DNA of 59,592 nucleotides, the filler included, from Platydemus manokwari (taxonomy: Eukaryota), in assembly GCA_037951405.1 (NCBI GenBank). It is 6 parts of 6 records of this genome, joined end to end, with 100 filler letters (N's around TTAATTAATTAA, not from the genome) between each part and the next. Parts side by side here need not be neighbours in the genome. Positions count along the whole stretch, not along the records: positions 40,201 to 49,727 come from JBBMOY011236542.1; positions 49,828 to 59,592 come from JBBMOY011207876.1; 4 more parts are not named here. One strand, given 5' to 3'. The notes under the pieces are model-generated. The model saw nothing but the letters and a program-made list of their open reading frames with translations. It had not been told where the DNA came from and did no database searches. Positions within the stretch are counted from its first letter, which is position 1. The number at the start of each line of letters is the position of its first letter. A program made the translations under genes and the position numbers. Shown here piece after piece: positions 40,201 through 52,900 of the stretch.

Positions 40201-43200
40201 TAATAATAATAATAATAATAATACAATTTATGAAAACGGGTTAAAAAAGAAACACGTTTAAACAAAAATAAAATAAAATATCTGATCTAATCTGATCGGA
40301 AAAAAAGAAGAACAAACAATATAACAAAAGAAAATAAAAATAGTATGCCGTATAAATACATGTAATAGATTTTTGAACATATAATAAAAAATGGTGCCAT
40401 CATACGAATGGCGCCAAAAATAAAACTATAAAACCCAACGATAGTTTGAGGGGAAAAACACCCACAAAAAATCACTACGACTTATTTGACGAAAGTTCTC
40501 AATTTTCTATGGTGCCGAGATTCTTTTGATGAGATGAATTTCAAGTATAATCGTAGGTTACTTTATTATTTGTACACGCATTGTTTAATTAATAATAGTT
40601 TAACTATTTCATAATTAACTTTTAATTGTTGTCGCTCAATTTCCTCCATTTTCTAGTATCCGGTATTTTGGATATCAGGCAGCAAACTACTTTCTTAATG
40701 CGTTGCACAATTTAACAAAATATTTTTATTGTTTTATTGTTCAGTTGTTTTTTATTTTTCTTAAATAAAATTTTATAACCAACATCGCATTATTAATCAT
40801 TGCCTCAATAATTATTCACTTATTAACTATTAATATATTACTTTGTACGATAGTGCAAAGCAGTTGCTACAACAGGATAGTCAACTCCTTGTTGTAACAC
40901 TCAATATAATTACTATTATAACCTTTAGATAACTTCATAGGAGCTATCGAATAAAAAAATTACAAAACTCACGACCCATACCATTAATATATGCTTCCAT
41001 AATGTTTTGATTTGGTTTAGATCCTTTTATAATCATTTTCAATTATCAGTTTCGGATAGGATCTCAAATGCACCATTTATTGATTTAATTACTAATGGAT
41101 ACTATCCAATGGTTGCTTTTTTCGACTCTATATAGCGCTGGACAGTGTGAATTTGTTGTAACTTCACTTTGACACACCATATCCCGACTAAACCTACATG
41201 TTCGTTTTAATTAGAGGAAATATAAATATAATATTAATCATGTTGCTACTACGAGAGTACAGCAAAAACGTACGTTATGCGCTCTTAAATTCCTCACTAA
41301 TTCACAAAATCCTCTTTATTCCACTTGTTCTATGAGCTTTTGTTGACGAATTTGAGCCAAATTACTCTGTGATTAGTAAATAAACACAAATAAAATAAAT
41401 AGTATGGATCGTAGCTTCTCTTAGTCAAACTAAAGCATTAATATTTATTAACATTTCATTTTCATTATATTATTAAACAATGAATTGATTTTAGCAATCA
41501 TAAATTATTGATTTTAAAATATTTTCAGTTATAACATTAAAATAGTCTCTTAACGATACCGGTTTTACTGTGTTCAATGTCATTTGCTCATTTCAAGATA
41601 TTTCCAGTGATTTATTAAGTGATTAAATCTGTATTATATGATTGTATGTTTGTGATGTGATATTAATCTTATCAAAATAATAACATTTGAAATAATAAAT
41701 AATGAAAAAAGGACTAATGGACTATTATTCTGCAATATTTAATCAAATTCAAAAATCATTTTCTGTATGCTCTGGTAGATATAAAAAAAGTTTCTTTAAA
41801 CATTATTTTTGAATACTAAAATTTAACAACTAACAGTTTCACTGTTTAATGAATTCTAATGGCTTCTTGTTTAGCTCTACCCATATTAAACTTAATTTGA
41901 ATTGCATTTTTGACAATCGAATTGATATTTGACTTGTTCATTTTAATTAAATTGACTCCAATTCTTGTTAAAAGATTAAAAAATCTTTAGAGGAAAAATT
42001 TAATTAATTTTTGAGTTTATATGATAATATTTTTCTTTGTCTAGGAGATTGTCTAGTTTAAAGTTAGTAGAACTTGGTACCGGTTTTTTCTTGCCACATT
42101 GACTTCATTGAGATTAATTATGTATATGTTATGATACTTTGATTTAGTGGGTGTTGATTAATTGGGTTGTTTATATTATTGAGTGAAATGAACAAAAAAT
42201 ATCAACATTTCAATTATTTTACAGCACATTTGCTCCTACGTGTATTGACTTGGTGGTTATGGAAATAAAATAAATCAAAAGAAAATAAATAAATCACACA
42301 ATACAGTCACATGCACATAATGACTCTAATTGTGTCTGTATTCTATCACAAAAGGTAGCGACTTATTGGTAAAATTGTTTAGTCGTGGTTAAAGACAAGA
42401 TATTAAATAAAGCTGCACAAATATGGAGGAAGTAATTAATTTAGGTCTGGTTAAAATATAAAAATGAAAACTAAGTTAAAAAGTAATTTCTTCTTTTCTT
42501 AAATGAAATATCGTCTGTAAGATATTACCTAATATGCAGTGTGATTAGAAGTGTATATAATAATAATGCTCATTGCACATTTCAGTAACATTTTAGTAGA
42601 TAAACGGTTATCCTTACCTACGAGAGTAATTGTACCAAAGATATATAGTCATTGAAAGTAATTAATGGTTGGTAAAGTTGAAGCTAACATTAGGAATAAA
42701 ATTGTTTTGTTGTTAGATATTTACTAACATTGGATATTCCCAATTGTAATTATGATCACAAAGTTACACTTAAAAAAATAAACAACGTTCGCACTTTAAA
42801 TCACCCTCAATGAGTTAAGTCAATTAACAATTAATAAAAGGATCAGTTCTCGAAAAATAAAACAGTGACGGAAATAACATCCATAAAATGATCATACGAA
42901 GAATTTAGACAGATAGAAAGTTGCCGATTATGAAAGACTGGCAGCGGATGGCGAGATTCAGCTTCTTTCATAGACTTGTCGAGTGTGATTTATGGTTTTA
43001 TTTATTTATTCACTAGAACAGTCTGCATATCGGTTAATTAGGAGATTCTCTTCTGATTATGTGCCATTTGCTTAAATTGATGTTTGTTGCATGTTTTTGA
43101 TGTACATCAATTGATGATCGAATTCTATTTATTGACTGATATTTTGGAGGAATATGATTGTTTACATGTACGTACGCTCATTGTGTCTAAGTGTATCGAA

Positions 43201-44002
43201 GCTTTTCATGGTTATTGCAAGGTATCTTGTTAGACACTCAATAGTTTGGTACAGACAATAAGCATAACTAATAAAACCAAAGTAAAAATAACACAAAGTA
43301 AAAATATAATTCATTAAATTCAAAAATATATCACAAATAACGAAAATCCAAAAAGTAGAAACGAGTAATAAAAGATGTGTAAATATTATAATTAAATTAC
43401 CAAAAATAGAAAAACGATCATATAAAGAAAAAAGAAACAGCATATAAAGAAGTGATTATTATAGGTAAACACTCAAAAATCATATGCATAATACAAATTT
43501 CAACAGGCGATTGATTTATTGATTTCGTTTAAAAACGTCATATATTGAAGAAAATTCAAGCAATACCAAATTTGCTTCCATCCAACACACAAACTGGAAA
43601 AATGCAGTTTATTCTGCGGAAATAATTTCTATCAAGAAGAAGAAATATTGTACAATCATTATTGTATTATTTTACAAACGATTGTTGCAAATTCCTCTTG
43701 GACAAGTTTAAAAAGTAAATTATTTAATTTTCCTTATTCATTGTTTTAGAATGTTAAATAGTGCCATAAATGGTAATGTTTCGCTTAATATCTTATTTGT
43801 CTTGGACCCGATTCAACCAAAATTTAACCAATTCTCAAAGTAAATCTAAATTCGGCGGCATTAGGCCCAACCACCTTTAAGCTCCCAGTGGCACATGAAG
43901 TGGCCCACGGCGAAAGTATAAAGAGTCCACCATAAAATTAATTCTAGTTTACTAGAATCTAATTTGAAATATAAACTTCTATTAATTAACTCCTGGTCAT
44001 TT

Positions 44003-44041
44003 AATCTATCCAATCTATCTATCTATCTATCTATCTATCTA
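44003..44041. repeat. (TCTA)n microsatellite
   Basis: Directly visible. Confidence 0.9.
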
Positions 44042-46083
44042 ATAATTGTTAATCATTTGTTTACTGTTTATTGTATTATTATTGTATTTTGTGGAAATTG
44101 TCCTTGAAAATTATATTTTATTATTGGTATTGAGTTATTTCCTAACAGACAATCACACCTATTGAAAGCAAATTATTCATTCATTAATATAGTTGATAAA
44201 TAAGTGTAAGCGTACTTGCAACTTCCATCTTCAATAAAACCTAAAACGTTACAACTACTATTTCTTGAACTCTTAGATTTTTAAATTTGCCCTGAAAATA
44301 TTTAAACCCGCAAAACATAACATCTTGTTAAAAGATATAAGCTGTTGAGCAAAGCAAATAATTCATATGCAGATTAAGAAGTATTCTGGAAAATGGAATG
44401 ATACAAATCGGTCAAATAACAAAGATGAGATTGAGTTTAAAATGCCTTAGAGCTTAATTATGCAATAGGATTTGTATTTTCAACATTGTAAACAAATATT
44501 TCTTCTGTATCAGTGCAAGAGATATAAGTTACAGCGAAATTTAGATTTATAATATTGATTTTTGGATTAGATACTTGAATTTTACTCCATAACGAAGCTT
44601 ATCTCAGTTTCTATTTGATTATAAAATTCTTCTACAGCGTTATTTTTCTGAGGTTTGTATTTAACGAACTTTGTTATCTTGAGACTGTTCAGTTATAACG
44701 ATTTGGCTCCCTTCTAATTTCATTCAAACTCACAGTTTTCATTTATTAAGTCCTTTCTAGAAGATATTCGGATACTCTTCATTGTGCTGCCTTTATAAAT
44801 GTAAAAATATTAATCGAAAAAAATTTCAAGTATAAAATTAAATGAGTGTGATAATTGAAATATACGATTTTCAAAACCTGCAATTACTTTTCTTTTGTTA
44901 TTCTAAGCCGTTGATTAAATGCAGTATTGTGCAATGTATTCAAATTTATTTGAGAATTTTATCATTGATTAGTTAGTTTTTCTTCGCATGTTTGTAGGTG
45001 TCTATTTCCCAAGAAATGATTTTACAACTATTTTAAACTTATTAATTAGAATATTATATTATGGGCAAGACTTTGCATAATATAAGGTTTACTGCAATCT
45101 CGACGATAATTGAAATAATTATTAAAAAACTATTACAATAAATTTAATCAATAAATCGAAAATTACACACTTTTTATTGAATAATCTGAAGGAAATTAAA
45201 TTCACAGAATTGATTATTTATCATATAAATATTCTGATTCACTTGACACAATTTTAGAAATTAATCACCCTCCGTTTATTCAATAAGGTATTATACAGAT
45301 TATTACATTAAATAATATTATTGAAAATTAATGTGATATGAGATAGAATTTTTAATTTTTTTACTCGCTCCCATCAATATTTTCATACCGTTTCTTGATG
45401 AATTGAAATTGTCATAACATAAATACACACCCAAAAGGCACGATATTGTACACATGTTCATACAATTAATTCATGAACTTGATTAATAATTTTTAATATC
45501 GAAACTTAAACAGAACGCGACTCGTTACAATAGCAATATCGGTCGAAAATGTATTTTATTGTCTATCAGCTTTTAAATAGTTGTATAAAACCATCATATG
45601 ATCACTTGGATAATTATTAGATTTGAAGTATGTTTATTAAATTTAGAAAAATTCTTTTCATCAAATAAGTGATAGAACCAAAATAAATTCTTTTAAATCG
45701 ATAATTCCGTGACATAATTAAATACACATTTCTATTAATTAACTTAACAAATAAATTATCCATCAGATTGGTTCATTTTTGTAACTGGAGATATATTTGA
45801 ATTTTTAATACAAGTGTGCAAGAAATGTAATTGTTCCATATTGTGAGTAATGCGCACACATTATTTATGTTATCGACAACAAAACATCCAATAATATCAT
45901 CGGCACATAGATACACAAACTACTTGATATTTGAACAGATTTTACTATCAATATTAACAAATATCTTTTAAACATTTTATACTATTTCAGAACAAACGAT
46001 CACTAATTAATTTATTAAAAACAATTAAAAGTATTTACATTGTAATTAAACGGTTTACAAACACCAAAATAATTTTCCTTCAT

Positions 46084-46721
46084 TTAATCAGTTTTCATAT
46101 ATTTATCCAGATCAGCATCTAATTCTTTTTTCTTTTCTTGTGGAGTTTTCTTTGCTGAACTCACCGGTCTTCGTCCTCCACGTCGCATATTTGTGGTTCC
46201 CCGCCCTCTAAAACTCCCACGAAACGTTGGACTATAAGTAGTATTTGTTGTACTATTTTGCCAAGTTCTTCCACCGCGATTCACACCGAGTCTACTAAAA
46301 TTTATATTTTATCAATTTTAAATAAGCTGGTTAAATAAATTTTACCTTAAGCCTCTTCGATTTGGCAATGTGCCTCTCAAATTAGGGCTTGTTGAATTGT
46401 TACTGTTATTATTATAAGTACTGAGTCTATTTTGATCCATTTGGTTTAATCTTCCTCGTAAATTCCTTAAATTTGGTGTTCGAGGCTTTAATGATTTTGG
46501 AAGCAGTTTAATAATGTCAACTATATATAAAAAATACTTTTTGTATACCTCCTCGTCTTATAGGAGGTGCAAAAGTTTGTGGTTTCTTCTGATTAAGTCT
46601 ACTAAACCTATAATAGAAGTACTGTAAATAAAAATTAAAAAAGGATGTAAAAATTTTACCTTTCATTTAAAGTCATAGACGTACAACTACGTAAATGGAA
46701 ATAATTAGGATTAGGCCTCAT
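46084..46721 (-). CDS. CHTOP: Chromatin target of PRMT1 (CHTOP/Fop) homologue, 4 coding exons, 168 aa
   Basis: Exons 46721-46660, 46607-46549, 46520-46346, 46294-46084 (507 nt, phases consistent). N-terminal LRSCTSMTLNERF (cf. LKSTTKMSLNERF), RG/RGG-rich middle, C-terminal KKELDADLDKYM (FoP/UBM motif); minus-strand AATAAA at 46011-46016; probable 5'-UTR acceptor at 46741-46742. Confidence 0.85.
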
Positions 46722-47616
46722 TTATATATTTTCACAGATTCTAAAATGTTAGGGTAGACTCAAATAATTCAATTAGAAACTATTTATTAGTAAATCTCCA
46801 TTACTATTTAAACACAAACTAATATAAATTAACAAACTTTAACTTTATATATAAATTAAAAATAAAATACTTGACTATTATCAAATTAATTTTTATAGCC
46901 CACTTATTCTCCACAAAACTAGTCGAAATTTATAATACTTAAGAGATATTAAAAGATTTTTAGAGTTTTTTCCGTTTTATCTTAAAATTAATCAAACTAA
47001 AAATAAATATTACAATGTTGCACGATTACAAATTTGTAAAAATTTAAAATTCAATAATTCAATTATTAACATAGCCTATTTATTTGATTTAGTAGTTTTT
47101 CAAGAATTTTTTCCATTTATTAAGAAAATAATGTCGAGTATAAATGAAAGAGGTAAATCTATGATTTCGAGTTACAATATTTAAGCTTGCTTGAATAAAA
47201 TCCATAATTTTATTACGAGAAAAATATATGAAGTTTATTAATTAAAATTTTAAAGCAACAAGATAAATAAGAAGCACATCCAAATTATGTTTAAACTAAG
47301 TTTTTTACAAAAGATATTTAATTATTTAGCAAAACATTTAACTGGTTTCTCAAAGTATTGATATTAAAATACAATTTTACAAATAAATGAATACCCCACT
47401 AAAAAGACAAGCTTATCACTATCGATTATTGTAGAAGACAAGTAGTGATTGGAAAGTTAAAAAATAAGGTCCTAAAATAAAATTTTTAAATTGTGGCGTG
47501 TATTGCAAAAATCTATATAGATTATTTAATTAAATTCTTTAATAACATTTTGAATTTTTTATTTACGTACTTGAGTAAAATTTTAGTTATTTAGAATCAA
47601 ATAATACATGCACAGG

Positions 47617-47706
47617 ATTTTTAAAATCTCCTTGAAATTAATTATTTGAAAAACGGGTCAAAGTAGGTCAAAATGCAATTAATTGAAAATTAGCGAGGAC
47701 CCCTTA
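47617..47706 (-). repeat. Dispersed repeat copy (partner 37199-37288), adjacent to Merlin debris
   Basis: Reverse-complement similarity to 37199-37288. Confidence 0.7.
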
Positions 47707-48164
47707 TTTTAACATTAGAAACAAATGGAATGATATCTAAGATTTTTCGAGTTATTTTTATAAAAAAGTGACTTCAAAATAATTGAGGAGTGCCAGGAAC
47801 AAGGTGTTTGTGTTTTCTCTCAAAATAAATATAATAATATTTATTTAATAGATTGAATACATAGATCCCAAACCTGTCGATGCTGTAATGAAATGAACAT
47901 TTGATCCAAATCAAATAAATCGTACAGGTGAAGATGCCACAAACAGATAAGAAGTTTCGCAATTCAAATAAGGACTTGGTTCAACAATTCAGCTTTATCC
48001 CTTTTCGACATTCTGAATAATGTATTTTTGGTTCACAGGACTCACACAAAAAATTATATTAACAAAATGATATTCATTAGTAAACTAACGATCACCAAAT
48101 GATGACAATTTTTATTAAAATTAAACTAAGAATTTCAAATTGTTTATTACAGTACAAAATTTGT

Positions 48165-48296
48165 AGATTCCTCGCCAATGAAGAAATATCTGGCCATGGA
48201 AATATAATTGTAGGCCTAAATATCGTCGTAGAAATTGACGAGTCATCTTTAGGAAGTGCCAAATATGGTAGCTGGCATCGTAGACATGGTTTTTGA
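48165..48296 (+). mobile_element. Merlin/ISXO2 (IS1016-like) transposase fragment
   Basis: IIVGLNIVVEIDESSLGSAKY matches the Merlin IGGxxxxVEIDESxxGxxKY first-Asp motif. Confidence 0.7.
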
Positions 48297-48502
48297 TTGT
48301 TAGAATTGATTTTTGGTTTTTAATCTAAAATTGAATTTTATGTAAAATTTTTATTAAAATTTGATTACAAATAAATTTTAAAATCAAATTACTTTATAAT
48401 TGGGTCAAAAGACCCTTTTTCTCAACTTAAGTCAAAAATAGATATAGCGAAATAAAAAGAAATATAAAAAGTATTTCAATTTAAATTATTTTAACTTAAA
48501 AA

Positions 48503-48535
48503 TACCGTATTTTCCGGATTATAAGGCGCATCCGA
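48503..48535 (+). mobile_element. Solo Tc2/pogo/Tigger-type terminal inverted repeat
   Basis: TA-CCGTATTTTCCGGATTATAAGGCGCA resembles pogo-family termini; partner TIR not seen. Confidence 0.55.
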
Positions 48536-49663
48536 AAAAACGAACTTTGTGTAAGATATTTTTATAAATAAGGGTCACCCTATCAAATAGTTGACTGATC
48601 AATATATTAAATTAAATTAAAAAGATATAACTTTTACACGAATAATTCTAATGAGTTTCATAATTTCACGAAGTATTTCACGATAAGCCCATATATTCAG
48701 GCAAACCGCTATTATATTCTAAAAATAGAAGTTACTGATACAGAATGAGGCAGAAAATCTAATATTTCCATAGGTTAATATAAGATTTATTATATTTCAT
48801 GTATCAAAACATGAACTTAAACTTTACCATCATCAACTGTCTGATTTTGATAAACGTTGCTTGATAGGAAAAAAAATCTGAAATCATATCCGATCTCAGA
48901 GTAAAGAAATCCGAAATAAAAACCTATTTTCATTCAAAGGATGAAATCTTTGTTAAATAGTGTTATCAGGTGAGAAGAAATCGAAAATATGAAGAGATTT
49001 TAATTTCTTGATTTAAAATGAATAACATAAATTATTTTATCCGCAAGTACTCAATGTCTTTGCTTTCAAGATGGAGAAATAATAGAGAGAAATTTGATAT
49101 TTCTGTGGAGATTAGTACAGGAAATGAAAATTCGGAAAAAATTGAAAAACTTTTTCAAATATCTTTAAACAAAATAAGTCGCAAATGAGAATTAAATCGA
49201 TAGTATACAGGTGATGAATTGTACACAGTAAGAAGTTTATTCAGTTTAACTTTTCAACTATTTTGCATCATATTAATTGAGGAAACTGGTGACATGAGCA
49301 TTTCCGAAAAATGTTCAATCTTCTTCGGAATTGAGATCAAACAAACACAATTCAATTATTAAGTTAGAAAATGCTAATAGTAAAATTTATTTTCACAAAA
49401 GCCTTGGTTTTAATGATTTAATATTTTGTTATGGTAATGGTGAGTAAGGTTTAATTGATTGATTCGTTATGATTCTTTAAATTCCAATAGAATCTCAAAT
49501 GCGAAATTCAAGTTCATTTAATTGAACTTCATACTCACTAATTTTTTGGACATGGATTAATACCACTCCAGGTTTATTTAGGGCAAACTAGCCATCTTTT
49601 TTATCAGCTGGATTCGAACTTATAGCACAGTTAAATGGGGTTAGTTAAATAGGTACTCTCTTC

Positions 49664-49727
49664 CCACGTCAAAGTTACATATCGTCTCACTCCACATGTC
49701 AAAGTTACATATGTTCTCACTCCACAT
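49664..49727. repeat. ~30-bp minisatellite running into gap
   Basis: gtcaaagttacatat(c/g)(g/t)tctcactccacat x2. Confidence 0.75.
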
Positions 49728-49827
49728 NNNNNNNNNNNNNNNNNNNNNNNNNNNNNNNNNNNNNNNNNNNNTTAATTAATTAANNNNNNNNNNNNNNNNN
49801 NNNNNNNNNNNNNNNNNNNNNNNNNNN
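49728..49827. other. Assembly gap spacer
   Basis: N-TTAATTAATTAA-N, 100 bp. Confidence 0.97.
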
Positions 49828-49905
49828 GTTTCCTTGATTTTTTTAAATAATCTTGATATTTTAAATCTCATATTTCTAACTGCTTTTTAATTTTATTAAC
49901 AATAG

Positions 49906-52900
49906 GATCGATTGAGTCATATACGAGTAACATCTGCTGGTAGAGTTGTAGACAAAAGTGCTCAAAGATCATCACGTATTCGAATGCGAGTATCATGTCA
50001 AGCTCCTCTTTTATTGCTACCAGTAAGCGCATACAGTGAACATATTTTGGTTATTGATCTCGGTAAATTTTCGCTTACAAATGAATTCAAATACGCTAAC
50101 AATGATCCATCTCTCTGCTTACTCGATGAAATGCGAATAGACTTGCAAGAAATGGATGTCTATTCTGCAACCAGAATCTCTAATATAAATGATGAACAAG
50201 TTTCAGATATAATATTTCCATATTTGACCATTAGACCAATTCATCCTAAACCATTATCACAAAAATGTAATCTTAATCTTACAGTTAGTCGAAATCTTTA
50301 TTGCAATACTTCCCATTCAAGCCCAGACTGGCAGATTTATGGAAATCTTTCTAGTGTTGTTTTTTCTCCTAATATTGAACAATATCGAACAATTCGCGGT
50401 GTTTTGGCCCATAATTTAGGTGAAAATGTTGATCATCTTAAATCCTACAAATTTCAAGCATTTCAAGTGGATCCTATTCTTTACACAGACTTAACTGGCA
50501 TTGCCTGGCTTGCTATTAAAATGGAACTTTGTTTGAAAGATGTTCAATTAAATCTCGTGTCTCAATTTACTGACAATGAAGACAGTTTTACTTTATGCCG
50601 ATTAAATTTTTTTCAATCTAAACTCTTATATGAAAGTTATTCAGATTCAAGCAAAATTGTGATATTAGATTGTCAGCAAATAACCGTAGAAGATCTTCGC
50701 TACATTTCATATCCTGCTAACAATCGATTGAATGTTTTCCAGACAATTATCAGTCCAGATAAAAGTAGCATTAATAATCAGGTAATCCTTATGAAATCAT
50801 TTGACTCTGTTATTTCAATAGATATGATCAATATTAGTTAAATTGAGTTGTATTTGATGTTATTTGACAAAAATATTTAAAAACTATAATCTATTTGAAA
50901 ATAATTTTGAATGTGTACGTTACTTAGTCGAAGATCTAATCGAGACTTTTAGCATATCATGACCTATTTTGCTTTTATCTCCAGAAATTTCTATCAATGG
51001 CTTAATAATATATTAATTTTATCATGAATTGGGATTCTAAAACAATCTATATATAATATAGAGTAGCTTAATTTCAATTGATAGAAATTTCTGTGAAAAC
51101 TTTAGTACAAGTTTTTAATTTAATTTTTATCATTTTTAATTTTTTTAATATTTTTAAGGACTTTGATAATAATAGCCAATTACATATTTCATTTTCTTCG
51201 AATTGTGAAAAGAACAATTTTCTGATCCAACTCAACAAAATGAAGGCAATAACCATATTTGACTGGTTACATGTCACTAAAAATTGGATATTTACACCAC
51301 CGTATGAAGTCGTATCTTTGGTTAATGATGATGAAGCTCTTTTCGAAAAATACGTCACTTTTTATATTCAATCAAAAACTCAATTACGGCATACTCATTT
51401 TCAACCACGAACTATAAGGAAACATTATCAAGAAATAATTCAAGAGGAATTCAAACCGACTCAGCTGACCTTTGACGTTCAAGAATCGAAATTCTTTATT
51501 TTAGAAGACTATAGTCATCTACATACTCACGCTTTAATATTAATACTAGCTGGAACATGTTCATATCAAACAAGAGAAAACAGACCGGGACCATTTTCGT
51601 TTAGTCTTTCTCAATTTCATTTAGCCTCTTGTGTCATGTCATCTGGCATTTCAAATCTTTTAAGTATTATAAATCCCGTGGAAATTCGAATTAAAAGTGA
51701 AGAGAAATTATTTGTCACTCATGGGAAGCCCAGCCTTGATGACGCTTTACATGATAAGGACAGCACCAAACTTGGAATTAATGTCGCTATTTCTGCATTT
51801 AAGATTCGTTTGTCATTCACCGATATTCAATTATTGGCTAAAATTATGCATTCTTTTCAAAACCAAACAACTCCTCCTGCCAATGTAGCTTATCAAACCG
51901 GACCTTCGCGAAATCGTTGGAATTCACTAAATATGGATGGTTAGTATGGAAGTTCTGAGATTTTTTTAAAAAAGTTTTATTTTGCTAATCCATTTACTTA
52001 ATAGAAAATAACAAAAATTTATAGTTATCGCTTGGTATAGCTTGCATAAATAGTCTAACTATGTTGATGACATTTTCTCCATTCCAGATAAAATGGTGCA
52101 TTAATCGAGTTTACTATAATGATAAAAATAATTTATTTAAATACAAGCAATGAGGTATATATTTACACTGAATAGTAATGATTTAATTCTCTAGTCATAA
52201 TTATGGTTAAGAAGTCGAAACAAAATACGTCTGGTTTTGACATTATTATCTAAGATAAATTTGATAAACAACCAGGTTTCCAAAGGACATTTACTAGCCT
52301 ATACATGCTATCCTTATTTAATTGTCCAGTTGCTTGTATTTTCTTCAAAACCGTAACAATTTTCGATATTTCGACGATTATCTGTTTGTTGCAAATTGTA
52401 CAAGAGGCTTTTTAGTAAATTGGTTTTGAATTTGAATTAAACTAAAAATGTATTCCAATTATTTATTTTGACAATGGGTTTAGTTGAAAGAATTGTGATG
52501 AAATTATTGTTTAATGGTAATTTATTTTTTAGGTCAAGGTTCAATGAAATTAGTTCAACCTTCTCCTTCACCTCTTCAAAGATTATCAAAGTTTGTTGAT
52601 CGAATTTCTATTCGCCATATAAAAGACCATGAATTTGTATCTGTTTGTCTCATTGACGATTGCATTGACGCTGATGTTCCTTTATTTGATATTAAATTGA
52701 ATAATGTTACAATAAATCTAGAATTAAGTATATCTTGTGGAACAATCAATGCATTATTGTCTCTAGACTATTATAATACAAATTCATTTGGTTGGACTCC
52801 TGTAATCGAACCGTGGTCATTAACTCTAAGATGGTTGTGGCAAAACTCATTTCAGTTATTCTTGGAATCACCAGAAACTTTAAATGTAGACATTAGCAGC

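Noticed and set aside
49590-49625. tRNA gene (minus-strand GTTCGAATCC B-box)
   Set aside because: No A-box or cloverleaf could be built; at most a SINE remnant.
51074-51358. Antisense or alternative-frame ORFs overlapping SLMAP and VPS13D exons (e.g. 280-486, 521-772, 51074-51358, 55530-55742, 58992-59267)
   Set aside because: Shadows of real coding exons on the other strand.
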